From the NCBI GenBank assembly GCA_963745035.1, contig CAVUVW010000013.1, forward strand, positions 768,001-832,000: 64,000 nucleotides of DNA. Reading direction: 5' to 3'. The translations under genes were made by a program, and so were the position numbers. This DNA is from an uncultured delta proteobacterium. Lineage in GTDB: Bacteria; Desulfobacterota; Binatia; UBA9968. Shown here piece by piece: positions 9,723 through 19,253 of the stretch. The notes beneath the pieces were generated by a model, which saw nothing but the letters and a program-made list of their open reading frames with translations, did no database searches and was not told the origin of the DNA. Position 1 is the first letter of the stretch. Every line of letters begins with the position of its first letter.

Positions 9723-10640
9723 ATGATCATTGACTGTCACGCGCATGTAATGCCCCAAAGCTGGTTTCATCCGAAATCGCCCAAGTCGATCTTCGACCTC
9801 GACGCTCTATTCAGAGAGCAGGACCAAGCCGGCGTCGATATTACCGTGTTCGGCAACAACTGGATTCGCTCGCCCGACGGTGCCGACCCGCTCAGGGTCG
9901 TGCAGGAATTCAATCAGCACGCCGCCGAACTCACGGCAAAGCATCCCAAGCGCCTACTTGGTCTTGCCTGCTCGGTGCCGTATGACAACGATAAGATTCT
10001 CAAGGAAACCGAAAAGGCGATCCGCGACTACAAGCTCAAGGGAATCATGATCGGATCGAGCACCAACGGCGAATACCTGGACTCGCCGCGCGCCGCGCCG
10101 TTTTTTCAACTGGTGAGCGATCTCGACGTGCCGCTGTTCGTCCATCCGCCAAAATTTACCATCGGCAACGACAAGATGGAGATGTTCCGCCTACCGGAAA
10201 TGCTCGGCCGCCCCTTCGATACCACCTTGTCGCTGACCCGTTTCATCTTCACCGGCGGATTCGAAAAGTTTCCCAAGCTGAAGATGGTCTGCGCCCACGT
10301 CGGCGGCGCCCTCGCGATGCTGCCGGGACGTTACGGCTTCGGTTACGAGCTGCGCCAAGATGATAGCTTCGGACCCTGGGACCCCGACGTAATGACGCGC
10401 CCGCCGGCAAGCTACATGAAGCAGCTCTACTTCGATACAGTCTGCTATCATCCCCCCGCGGTGCAATGCGCCATCGACACCATCGGCGTCGATCAAGTCG
10501 TCTTCGGCAGCGACTCGCCGCCAGTGCCGATTCCGCTTGCGCGCGCCGTAGATACGGTTAAGCAATTGAAGATCTCGGAATCTGACAAGCAAAAGATTTT
10601 TGGCGGCAACGCCGCGAAGCTGCTCGGCCTGGCGGGTTAA
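9723..10640 (+). CDS. Amidohydrolase_2 family protein (ACMSD/6-MSA decarboxylase-like)
   Basis: IDCHAH, FVHP, AHVGG and FGSD motifs. Confidence 0.9.
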   Translation: MIIDCHAHVMPQSWFHPKSPKSIFDLDALFREQDQAGVDITVFGNNWIRSPDGADPLRVVQEFNQHAAELTAKHPKRLLGLACSVPYDNDKILKETEKAIRDYKLKGIMIGSSTNGEYLDSPRAAPFFQLVSDLDVPLFVHPPKFTIGNDKMEMFRLPEMLGRPFDTTLSLTRFIFTGGFEKFPKLKMVCAHVGGALAMLPGRYGFGYELRQDDSFGPWDPDVMTRPPASYMKQLYFDTVCYHPPAVQCAIDTIGVDQVVFGSDSPPVPIPLARAVDTVKQLKISESDKQKIFGGNAAKLLGLAG

Positions 10641-10705
10641 CCGCCAAAATAGTCTGCACCCGAGTGAGAAGCAGACACGTCTAAATCAAACGGAGAAAAC
10701 CACCT

Positions 10706-11197
10706 ATGACCAAACAACTCGGTCCCGGCGATGCATTTCCCAATTACACGGTGCCGCTCGCCGATGGCGGGCGGTTGAATATTCCCGCCGATCTCAAGGG
10801 CGAATACGCCGTCATCATCTTCTATCGCGGAATCTGGTGACCTTACTGCGTCCGGCAGGTTGCCGACTATCAAGCGCATATTGACGAATTCAAGCGCGAG
10901 AATACCGAGATCATCGCTCTCTCCGTCGATCCGCTCGATAAGGCCAAAGAGATGGTGGAAAAAACCGGCGCGACGTTTCCCATCGGCTACGGCCTCAGGG
11001 TTCCCGAAGATGCCGACAAGGTCGGCGCATATTGGGAAGAACGCCGCGGCATTATTCACGCGACCAACTTCACCGTCGGGCCCGACAGAAAAATTCTCCA
11101 AGCCTGTTTTGCCACCGGCCCCATTGGCCGCATCGCCGCCGTCGACGCGCTGAGCTCGATCCGCGGAACGAAGAAAAGAAAAGCGCAAGGCAGCTAA
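10706..11197 (+). CDS. Peroxiredoxin-like AhpC/TSA thioredoxin-fold selenoprotein (Sec at codon 45)
   Basis: One frame MTKQLGPGDAFP...FYRGIW*PYC...IIALSVD...FPIGYG; TGA 10838-10840 sits at the first Cys position of CxxC; GGAG RBS. Confidence 0.85.
10850..10867 (+). promoter_or_regulatory. Putative bacterial SECIS hairpin
   Basis: GT-C-CGGCA-GGT-TGCCG-AC stem-loop starting 9 nt after the in-frame TGA; resembles the GCAGGU apical motif of E. coli fdhF SECIS. Confidence 0.65.
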
Positions 11198-11253
11198 CTC
11201 AGGATACGATTGGCTAGAACCGTGAGGGCAGCGCGATAGAGTTACCGAACAAA

Positions 11254-12301
11254 TCAGTATCCCGCCCCGACAACCTCGCCGATCACTCGTAGAGCCTGCT
11301 CGACGTCGTTACGATCGACGTCAAGGTGGGTAACCATGCGCACGCGGCGCGCATCCACGGGGCCACCGAGGATGTTGCGCTGCCCCAAGCGCTTCAAGAA
11401 TTCCGTGGACGTAAACCCGCTCTCTCCGACGTCGTAGATAACGATGTTGGTTTGAACTTTCTCCGGTGAAATCTTGATTCCCGGAATGCGCGCCAGCCCG
11501 TTTGCCAGCAGCTTTGCGTTTTCATGATCGATATACAGCCGCTTCGGACCCTCTTCCAAAGCCACCTGAGCCGCCGCTGCAAGCACGCCGGCTTGGCGCA
11601 TGCCACCGCCGAGCATTTTGCGGATCACGCGGCAGCGCTCGATGAAGTCGCTCGAACCGACGATCATCGACCCCACCGGAGCGCCGAGCCCCTTGCTGAA
11701 ACAAAACTGCACGGAGTCGAAATTCCGGGTGATCGCCGTTACGCTTTCTCCCAGATAGGTTGCCGCGTTGAAGACTCGCGCGCCGTCGAGATGCACTCTC
11801 AACCCCGCTTCATGAGCTTTGCCGCAAATCTCCTGCGCCAAAAGAGTCGGATAAACAGTGCCGCCCGCCATGTTGTGGGTATTTTCCAAAGCGACGAGCG
11901 CAGTCTGCGGACGATGGTAGGCCTTTTCTCGAATCGCGGGACCGATCTCCTCCCACGACATGATGCCGTCCCGCGCAGGAATAACTCGCGGCAAAACGCC
12001 ACCTATCGCCGACATGGCTGCCATCTCGTAGTTATAGATATGCCCGGCTGGCCTCACAGATAACTTCTTGCCCGCGCTCGGCCTGCGCCATGATGCAGGT
12101 CAGATTGCCCATGCTTCCCGACGGCACGAACAATCCCGCTTCGCGTCCGAAAATCTCGGCCGCCCGGGCCTGCAAGCGGTTGACCGTCGGGTCTTCGAGA
12201 TAAACGTCGTCGCCGACCTCGGCTTCCGCCATCGCTCGACGCATCGTCGGAGACGGCTTGGTAACCGTATCGCTACGAAGATCGATAATTCTATCGTTCA
12301 T
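11254..12301 (-). CDS. ltaE: Low-specificity L-threonine aldolase (one frameshift near 12047)
   Basis: IDLRSDTVT...VGDDV...PSGSMGN in ORF 12032..12301 continues as GHIYNYE...ENTHN...HLDGAR...[10 protein letters not shown] in ORF 11254..12057. Confidence 0.88.
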
Positions 12302-12420
12302 TGTAATCGCTCAATGACGTTGAATAAGAAAGATTTCTCGCCAAGCCCGTCCTGGGGCATCGCCGAAGGCTCGAAATGACAGTTAACGATTGGCTTTTTC
12401 GCCGTTGAAAATTTGAACTG

Positions 12421-13173
12421 CTATTCCAACCGTCCTTCAATCTCGCGAATCGTATCCGCGGAAAGCGACGGTCGGACAAACGCATTGTAAATGCAGTCGT
12501 TCTGCAGCCACATGATATCGGCGCGCTGCCTGACCGCTTCGCGCATTTCGTGTTGAAGCTTTTCATCCATGCAATGTCGTTTGATCACGTCGACGACCAT
12601 GTTGCCATGGCCTTCGTCGTGGTATTCGTGGGCGCGGAAAAAATCCAAGCAAGCCGGGGAAATCCACGGATAGTGTTTTTCCAGCGCCTCTCTTTCCTCT
12701 TTCATCCGTTTCGGCCCGCCGCCTTCGAACACCAGGCCGGTGCCAATCGCGACGGCCCAATGACTCTGATTAACGAGCGAAACGTACATCTCCAACGCGG
12801 CGCGAATTCCCGGTAGCGGCTCGTAGTTCAAAATATCGTCGCGCTCGATGCCGATTCCTTCGGCAAATTGCACCCAGAGATCGCGATGGCTCGGATACTT
12901 GCCGCCGAATAGATCCTCGCCCTCTTCCTCCACCATGTTCTCCAACAGCATGCGGCGCAGTTCGGGCACGGGACACTTTTGATAACGGATGCCGAAGAAG
13001 CGATGAATATTGCGAAACTCATGAAACTGATTTCTCGCCCAGCCTTGAAGCTGCTCTTTCGTCAAACGGCCGCTCAGCAGCAGTTGGCGCACCGGATGCG
13101 GGCGTGGATGGCGCTGCTGCAAGGCATTCTGCAAATCAGCGATCAGTTCTTCGGGCGCGAGCAAATCAGCCAT
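12421..13173 (-). CDS. TenA/PqqC/CADD-like heme-oxygenase-fold diiron enzyme
   Basis: HP near N-terminus, ENMVEEEG...SHRDLW, FE, FFRAHEYHDEGH metal-ligand pattern. Confidence 0.8.
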   Translation of the reverse strand: MADLLAPEELIADLQNALQQRHPRPHPVRQLLLSGRLTKEQLQGWARNQFHEFRNIHRFFGIRYQKCPVPELRRMLLENMVEEEGEDLFGGKYPSHRDLWVQFAEGIGIERDDILNYEPLPGIRAALEMYVSLVNQSHWAVAIGTGLVFEGGGPKRMKEEREALEKHYPWISPACLDFFRAHEYHDEGHGNMVVDVIKRHCMDEKLQHEMREAVRQRADIMWLQNDCIYNAFVRPSLSADTIREIEGRLE

Positions 13174-13289
13174 AGTTCCCTCCCCGCAGCACGGGATTTT
13201 TTTCTGAGCGCATCTTAACCAAGTTCCCGGGGCTTCGCCAGCATGACATTGAAGTTGTCTTTTGATCTACCCTCGACTAGCATGGCGGC

Positions 13290-14048
13290 ATGGTTACGCT
13301 ATCGTTGCGCAGAGTCACGAAGAAATTCGGCGCCGTGACCGCCGTCGATCGCGCGAACCTGGACGTGAACGCGGGCGAATTTCTCGTGATCGTCGGCGAG
13401 AGCGGCTGCGGCAAGACCACCACCTTGCGGCTCATTGCCGGCTTGGAAACACTCGACGGCGGCACCGTGTTCATCAACGGAGTGCCGGTCAACGACGTGC
13501 CGGTGGGGCAGCGCGGCGTCCAGATGATTTTTCAGAATTTCGCTCTGTGGCCGCACATGAAGGTCTTTGACCAGCAGCGCTATTCGAATCTCACCTTGCC
13601 GCTCCGGGTGAGAAAATGGTCAAGCGATAAGATCGCGGAGTTTCTCCGGCCGCTGGCCTGGAAGATCGGCATCGAAGAAAGCTTCTTCAAACGCAAACCC
13701 ACCGAGCTCTCGGGCGGACAGCAGCAACGGGTCGCTCTCGGGAGAGCCATGGCGACCTCGCCTCGCGTCATGCTCATGGACGAACCGCTCAGCAATATCG
13801 ATCCGCCCAACCGCTTGAGGATGCGCCAGGAGATCATGACTTTTCATAAGGAGAACCGTCTGACGACTCTTTACGTCACCCACAATCTCGCCGACGGGAT
13901 CGCGCTGGCGGACCGCATCGCGGTAATGCATGAGGGGCGCTTTGACCAAGCCGACACGCCGGAGAATTTGATGCGCCATCCCGCCACCGAGTACGTCGCT
14001 GACTTTTTCAAAGCGGAGCAGTTGAGCGCCAGAGTCGCCGCGCCGTGA
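13290..14048 (+). CDS. ABC transporter ATP-binding protein (MalK/PotA-like)
   Basis: GESGCGKT, LSGGQQQR, LMDEP, VTH motifs. Confidence 0.93.
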   Translation: MVTLSLRRVTKKFGAVTAVDRANLDVNAGEFLVIVGESGCGKTTTLRLIAGLETLDGGTVFINGVPVNDVPVGQRGVQMIFQNFALWPHMKVFDQQRYSNLTLPLRVRKWSSDKIAEFLRPLAWKIGIEESFFKRKPTELSGGQQQRVALGRAMATSPRVMLMDEPLSNIDPPNRLRMRQEIMTFHKENRLTTLYVTHNLADGIALADRIAVMHEGRFDQADTPENLMRHPATEYVADFFKAEQLSARVAAP

Positions 14049-14055
14049 GGTCGCA

Positions 14056-14841
14056 ATGAACGTCGCGGCGGCCGTATGGTTATTCCTGTTCCTGCTGCTG
14101 TCGGCGGTTCCGGCGCGCTCGGCCTGCCGCGAGCTCGACGTGGCGCGAAGTTGGACGCGCTCGGCGTATGCCGCTCCAGTTGACGCGACCATCGAATTTT
14201 TCGGCCACAACTTCTTCCAAATCACTTCGACTAAAGGCACCAAAATCATCGCCGACCCCGTTTCTCCCGGATTTTATCCCACGCCCGTTGTCGCGCCGCA
14301 CGCGATCACGGTGGGCCGGGAACATCCGAATCACAACTACGTCGAAATAGCGAAAAACAAGCCGGTCATCCTGCGCGGCCTGACCAATTACGGCGCGGAA
14401 TGGAGCAAAGTCAGCACCACCGTCGGCGATGTGCTGATTTACAGCGTGCCGATTTATCAGCAGCAGTTCGGCAACGCGCTTAAGGGCGCGGCTTTTGTTT
14501 TCGATTTGGGCTCGCTGTGCATCGCCCATCTCGGCGATCTGAGCCACAAGTTGACCGAGGATCAGGTCAAGGCGTTTGGCAAAGTCGACATTGCGATGAT
14601 TCCCATCGGCGGAAGTTTCACCATGCCGCCGGATACGGCGCGGGAAGTCCTGCAGCAGCTAAAACCGAAGATCGCCATCCCGATGCACTATCGGGAGAGC
14701 ACCTATCTTCTCGACATGTTCGTGAAAGGCTACCCGCACAAGTACCTCGGCAAGCACAGCATGACTTTCAGCAAGACGGCCCTGCCTCCGCCTACGCAAA
14801 TTGTCGTGTTTACCCCCTGGGGTATGCGAGACTACAGGTAA
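14056..14841 (+). CDS. Exported metallo-beta-lactamase-fold protein
   Basis: Signal peptide, GH, EHPNHN, AHLGD, IPMHY motifs. Confidence 0.8.
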   Translation: MNVAAAVWLFLFLLLSAVPARSACRELDVARSWTRSAYAAPVDATIEFFGHNFFQITSTKGTKIIADPVSPGFYPTPVVAPHAITVGREHPNHNYVEIAKNKPVILRGLTNYGAEWSKVSTTVGDVLIYSVPIYQQQFGNALKGAAFVFDLGSLCIAHLGDLSHKLTEDQVKAFGKVDIAMIPIGGSFTMPPDTAREVLQQLKPKIAIPMHYRESTYLLDMFVKGYPHKYLGKHSMTFSKTALPPPTQIVVFTPWGMRDYR

Positions 14842-14850
14842 AAAAAGATT

Positions 14851-14937
14851 GGAGTAATGGAGTGTTGGAGTACTGGAGTGATGGTGATTCGGCAATCCGC
14901 CGGTTCCTCTGCGTACTTTGCGCTCTTTGCGGTTAAT
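14851..14937. repeat. 8-nt periodic repeat (GGAGTNNT)4 plus a solo copy of the GxxExxY-flanking repeat
   Basis: GGAGTAATGGAGTGTTGGAGTACTGGAGTGATGG at 14851-14884; CTCTGCGTACTTTGCGCTCTTTGCGGTTAAT at 14907-14937. Confidence 0.8.
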
Positions 14938-14940
14938 TAA

Positions 14941-15930
14941 TTAAATCTTGAAAGCTTCCACTGTTTCTTTGGCGAACAGCTCATCCAAGTTGAGCCTCTG
15001 TTTGATCAGCCCCTGCTCTAGTAAATAGCCGTGGAGAGTTTCGAGATTCGCGCGATTCGGCTCCAGGCCGTAGGGCCAGTAATCGGCGGTCATGAGATCG
15101 CGCGTGTCTTCGTACTCGGCGGAAGTCCACGGCAGGCTCACCCGCAGGATGTTGGTATCGTAAAGGTCGCGCATGCAGATCTCTTTCGCTTCGCAAAAAG
15201 CTTTGTAAAGCGTCTGCGCCACCCAGGGCTCTTTTTCGTAGATCGCCCGCTTGATGACGAGCACGTGCATGATCGGAAACAGACCGGTTTTCTTGAAATA
15301 ATCCATTTCCGCTTGCCGGTAGTCGGGAAAGAGCCGCTTGACGCGCGGCGAACCCTGGAGAAAACAGGTCGGCATGCGCGGCGACATCATGGCGGCGATC
15401 TCGCCGCTCTCGATCATCGCGTTGAGCGTCGTATCGGGGCGGCTTTCCATACGCACCCCAGCGGGCATTTCAAAGTCGACCCGATCTTTTCGGCCGGGAT
15501 GTTCTTCACCCGCCTGAACCCAATGGATCTCGCTCGGTGAAACGCCGTACTCGTGTTGGAACATGCCGCGCAGCCACACCGCCGCAGTCATCGAGTATTC
15601 CGGCACGCCCATGCGCTTGCCGCGCAGATCTTCCACCCGTTTAACGCCCGCCTCGGTATTGACGAAAATGCAGCGATGGCGAAAGGTGCGCGACGGAAAA
15701 ACCGGAATTGCGACGAACGGCCGCCGGCCGCGCGAAGCCGCGGTGAGGAACGCGCCCATGGACAGCTCCGAGGCATCGAACTCCTCGTATTTCATCATGC
15801 GCCAGAAGATCTCTTCCACCGACATCACCAGATAATTAAGCTCGATGCCTTCCGGCTTGACGATTCCGTCTTTCACAGGACGCGTGCGATCGTAATCCTC
15901 GCACGCGAGGGTCAAGTGTAATTGGCTCAT
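14941..15930 (-). CDS. 4,5-dihydroxyphthalate decarboxylase-like periplasmic-binding-fold protein
   Basis: LTLAC-DYDRT, FDASELS, PVFPSRTFRH, FPIMH and WPYG motifs. Confidence 0.85.
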   Translation of the reverse strand: MSQLHLTLACEDYDRTRPVKDGIVKPEGIELNYLVMSVEEIFWRMMKYEEFDASELSMGAFLTAASRGRRPFVAIPVFPSRTFRHRCIFVNTEAGVKRVEDLRGKRMGVPEYSMTAAVWLRGMFQHEYGVSPSEIHWVQAGEEHPGRKDRVDFEMPAGVRMESRPDTTLNAMIESGEIAAMMSPRMPTCFLQGSPRVKRLFPDYRQAEMDYFKKTGLFPIMHVLVIKRAIYEKEPWVAQTLYKAFCEAKEICMRDLYDTNILRVSLPWTSAEYEDTRDLMTADYWPYGLEPNRANLETLHGYLLEQGLIKQRLNLDELFAKETVEAFKI

Positions 15931-16589
15931 TTCCTTTTCTTTCTAGCAGAATTTTTCTTTTGAGCGTTGCCGACCAAATGAACGAATTGCTTCATTTCTT
16001 TAACAAATTGCTTCTTCCCCTTACCGAGTAGAGCCTGCAGGTAGGCGCTGCCGAGGCAAATGCCAGTCACTCCGACCTGCACATATTCGGCGACGTTCTT
16101 TAGATTCACTCCTCCGGAGACCATGAAACGCGCTTCCGGAAACGGTCCTTGCATCTGCCGAATGAAATGCGGCCCGCCGCACAAATCGGCAGGAAAAATC
16201 TTGATCAGATCCGCATGGGCGCGCTGCGCCGCGATAATTTCCGTCGGCGTCGCTGCACCGGGAAAACACGCGATATCGCCCGTGTGGCAAAGACTGATCA
16301 GATTCAACTCGAGCGAAGGCGATACGATGAATTCGGAGCCGGCCCCGATGGCACGCTCCGCCTGCTGCGGCGCCAGCACCGTCCCGGCGCCGACGTGAAG
16401 ATTCTTTCGCCCCGCCAGTTCCTTGATCACATCGAGCGCGCCCGGCACGCTGAACGTGATCTCGATGAATTTTATACCGCCTTCAGCCGCCGCGTGAGCC
16501 AAAGCCAGAGCATCCTCGGCACTCTTCGAACGAACGACAGCCACTAGCCGCTGCTGGTGAAGCTCTCGTACAAGTTCAACTCGGTTCAC
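15927..16589 (-). CDS. eda: KDPG/KHG aldolase family protein
   Basis: AVVR, IEITF, GAGTV, FIVSP, PGAATPTE, KIFPA motifs. Confidence 0.85.
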   Translation of the reverse strand: MNRVELVRELHQQRLVAVVRSKSAEDALALAHAAAEGGIKFIEITFSVPGALDVIKELAGRKNLHVGAGTVLAPQQAERAIGAGSEFIVSPSLELNLISLCHTGDIACFPGAATPTEIIAAQRAHADLIKIFPADLCGGPHFIRQMQGPFPEARFMVSGGVNLKNVAEYVQVGVTGICLGSAYLQALLGKGKKQFVKEMKQFVHLVGNAQKKNSARKKRK

Positions 16590-16607
16590 TGTAAGTTTTG
16601 AATGCGA

Positions 16608-17375
16608 CTAGCTGAGGCTCAGGCCCCCGTCGACGATCAATGTCTGGCCGGTGACGAAGTCGCCGCCGGTGATCAGTCCAAGAATCGCTCCAGCGATATC
16701 CTCGGGGGAGGCGATGCGCTGCATCGGATAACCCGCCGCCGCTTTGGCGATCACCTGTTGATACTCCGCGCCGAAGTGTTGGCTCATCCACGGCGTGTCG
16801 GTGAAAGCTGGGGCGACGCAGTTCACCCGGACCTTAGGCGCCATAGCGACGGCCAAGCCGCGCGTCATGTAGATCAACGCCGCCTTCGCCGTGCCGTAAG
16901 CGAGCGAAGACATCGTGGACGGTGCGAGAACTCCAGAAATCGATGAGACGTTGACGATCATGCCTCCGCTTGCTTCGAGCAGCTTTGCCGCCGCGCGCGC
17001 GCAGCGAAAAGCGCCTTTGACGTTGACGTCCAAGATCTCGTCCCAAATCGCGTCGGTGAGTCCATCGAGATCGGCAAGCTTCACCCAGTGGGTCACGCCG
17101 GCGTTGTTGACGAGAATATCCAAACGGCCGAAGTGCTGGCCGATTTTCTCGATCATCGCTCGCACCTGAGCGTCGCTCTGCACATCAGCCTGTATGGCCA
17201 GGGCTTTCACTCCCGCGCGTTCCAACTCCTTGGCGAGATCATCAGCCTCGCTGGCGGACTTGCGATAGTTGATCGCGACGCCACTGACGCCGGACTTGGC
17301 GAGGCTGCGCACGACGGCGCCGCCGATGCCGCCAGCGCCTCCTGTGACTAATGCTACTCGGCCTTGAAGTTCCAT
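16608..17375 (-). CDS. Short-chain dehydrogenase/reductase
   Basis: TGGAGGIG, NNAG and YGTAK motifs. Confidence 0.93.
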   Translation of the reverse strand: MELQGRVALVTGGAGGIGGAVVRSLAKSGVSGVAINYRKSASEADDLAKELERAGVKALAIQADVQSDAQVRAMIEKIGQHFGRLDILVNNAGVTHWVKLADLDGLTDAIWDEILDVNVKGAFRCARAAAKLLEASGGMIVNVSSISGVLAPSTMSSLAYGTAKAALIYMTRGLAVAMAPKVRVNCVAPAFTDTPWMSQHFGAEYQQVIAKAAAGYPMQRIASPEDIAGAILGLITGGDFVTGQTLIVDGGLSLS

Positions 17376-17413
17376 TTTTTCGCTTTGCTTAAAACTGAGC
17401 TGTCATGAATCGA

Positions 17414-17496
17414 GAAAGATTTCTCGCTCCCCTCGAAATGACAATTCAAAAGAATTCGTACTCATATGTCATCTCGAACGAAGTGAGAGATCTTTC
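17414..17496. repeat. REP-like inverted pair (GAAAGATTTCTCG..CTCGAAATGACA / TGTCATCTCGA..GAGAGATCTTTC)
   Basis: Two ~30-nt inverted units; related copies at 12328-12381 and about 38088-38163. Confidence 0.7.
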
Positions 17497-17510
17497 TTTG
17501 AAACACGGCG

Positions 17511-19253
17511 TTACCGAACTTTGGAATTACCGCTAGTGCTCCGTAGATCTGCCGTTCTGGCATGATCGATCACCCAGTTGTCCGGCAACTTAACCAAGTC
17601 ATCGGCACCACCATGATAGTGAACAGCGACTCCGTAGCGCCGCTCGGCTTCCTCGGCGGTGATGTAATTCTCGATTACATCCCAGCGCACTTTTTCCACG
17701 TCGCGTTTCATCGGATCGCCGTAACCGCCGCCGCCGGGCAAATTGACGTGGACGATCTCGCCTTGGCCAAGATCTTTCAGCGCTTTGGCGTTCAATCTCG
17801 TGCCGTCGCCGAGAGTGACTTCGCCCGTGGCCCCGCTTTGCCCGCCCAATAATCCTGGCGCTGCGTAAGCGGTGCGATCCGCGATCGAGCTCACACTCCA
17901 ACGGCCTTCGCCCCGGCGAGTGAACTCCGTGAGTTGTCCAAGCCCGCCGCGCCACGTGCCGGCGCCGCCTGAGTCCGGCCGCAACTGCCGCCGTTTCATC
18001 ACGACCGGCGAGAGGCTTTCAATAACCTCGGCCGGCACACCCGCGACGCCGCTGGGAAACCCGACTGCGTTCAAGCCGTCCTTGCTTGGGCGTGCGCCGG
18101 TGCCGCCCACTTGAAATACGGTCAATGTAAATGGCGGATTCTGACCGCGCCATACGCTGAGCCATATTGGATCGGCGCCCGGCGCCATCAGGCGTCCAGG
18201 CATCGCGCCGGAGAGCGCTGCGAAAATCGCGCTCGGGATAAAATGGCCGATCACTTGCCGGCTCGCAACGGGCGCAGGATCGAGAGCATTGAGAATACTG
18301 CCCGGCGGCGCGCTCACGTGCACAGGGCGAAAACTGCCCTCGTTATGCGGCACGTCGGGACAGATCGCCGCCTTGATCGCGAAGCTCGCATAGGCGTGGG
18401 TGTAGTTGAGCACAACATTGATGCCGCGCGTGCTCTGCGGCGAAGAGCCGCTGAAGTCAATGAAAATCTCATCGCCGGCGACTTTGACCGCACAGCGCAC
18501 GACAATCGGTTCTTCGAAGCCATCGCTCCATGTTTCGTTGGTCCACTCGCCGCTCGGCAGCTTTTTGATCTCGGCGCGCACCGCCGCCTCCGAGCGCCGA
18601 ATGATTTCCTCGGCTACCGCATCGATCGAGTCCAGCCCGAATTCGTCCATCATTTCCAAAAGCGCCCGGCCGCCGGTTTCGTTGCAGGCGGTCTGCGCGT
18701 AAAAATCGCCGATCACTTCGTCCGGCTGGCGCACGTTGGAGCGGACGATTTGCATCAGAATTTTGTTCGGCTCGCCACGCTCGAACAGCTTCATGATCGG
18801 GATGCGCAGTCCTTCCTCGAAAACCTCGCGCGCCTCAGCGGAAAGTATCCGCCCGCCGATATCGGCGCTGTGACAAGTGTTGGCGAAGAGCGCCACGAGT
18901 TTGCCCTGGCGAAAAATCGGCGTGGTGATCGTGATGTCGTTGATTTGTCCCGCCGTTTGCCACGGATCATTGGTAATCAGAACATCGCCGGGCGCGAGCT
19001 TGTCCGGCGGAAACGCCGCGAGAAAATGCTTCATCGACGTCGCCATGGCGTTGATATGCCCAGGAGTGCCGCTCAGCGATTGCGCGATCATCCTGCCCTT
19101 GGTGTCGAATAAACCGCAGGCGAGGTCCTGACTTTCGCGCACGATCGTGCTGAAAGCGGTGCGGATGAGCGCGTCCTGCTGCTCGTTAGCCACCGACATG
19201 AAGCGGTTCCAAATCACTTCGAGTGTGACCGGATCGATCGCGCTATTTTCCAT
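17511..19253 (-). CDS. Hydantoinase B / oxoprolinase subunit
   Basis: IDPVTLEVIWNR, RTAFS, PGDVLITNDP, HSADIGG, EEG and PGGGGYGDP motifs. Confidence 0.93.
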   Translation of the reverse strand: MENSAIDPVTLEVIWNRFMSVANEQQDALIRTAFSTIVRESQDLACGLFDTKGRMIAQSLSGTPGHINAMATSMKHFLAAFPPDKLAPGDVLITNDPWQTAGQINDITITTPIFRQGKLVALFANTCHSADIGGRILSAEAREVFEEGLRIPIMKLFERGEPNKILMQIVRSNVRQPDEVIGDFYAQTACNETGGRALLEMMDEFGLDSIDAVAEEIIRRSEAAVRAEIKKLPSGEWTNETWSDGFEEPIVVRCAVKVAGDEIFIDFSGSSPQSTRGINVVLNYTHAYASFAIKAAICPDVPHNEGSFRPVHVSAPPGSILNALDPAPVASRQVIGHFIPSAIFAALSGAMPGRLMAPGADPIWLSVWRGQNPPFTLTVFQVGGTGARPSKDGLNAVGFPSGVAGVPAEVIESLSPVVMKRRQLRPDSGGAGTWRGGLGQLTEFTRRGEGRWSVSSIADRTAYAAPGLLGGQSGATGEVTLGDGTRLNAKALKDLGQGEIVHVNLPGGGGYGDPMKRDVEKVRWDVIENYITAEEAERRYGVAVHYHGGADDLVKLPDNWVIDHARTADLRSTSGNSKVR

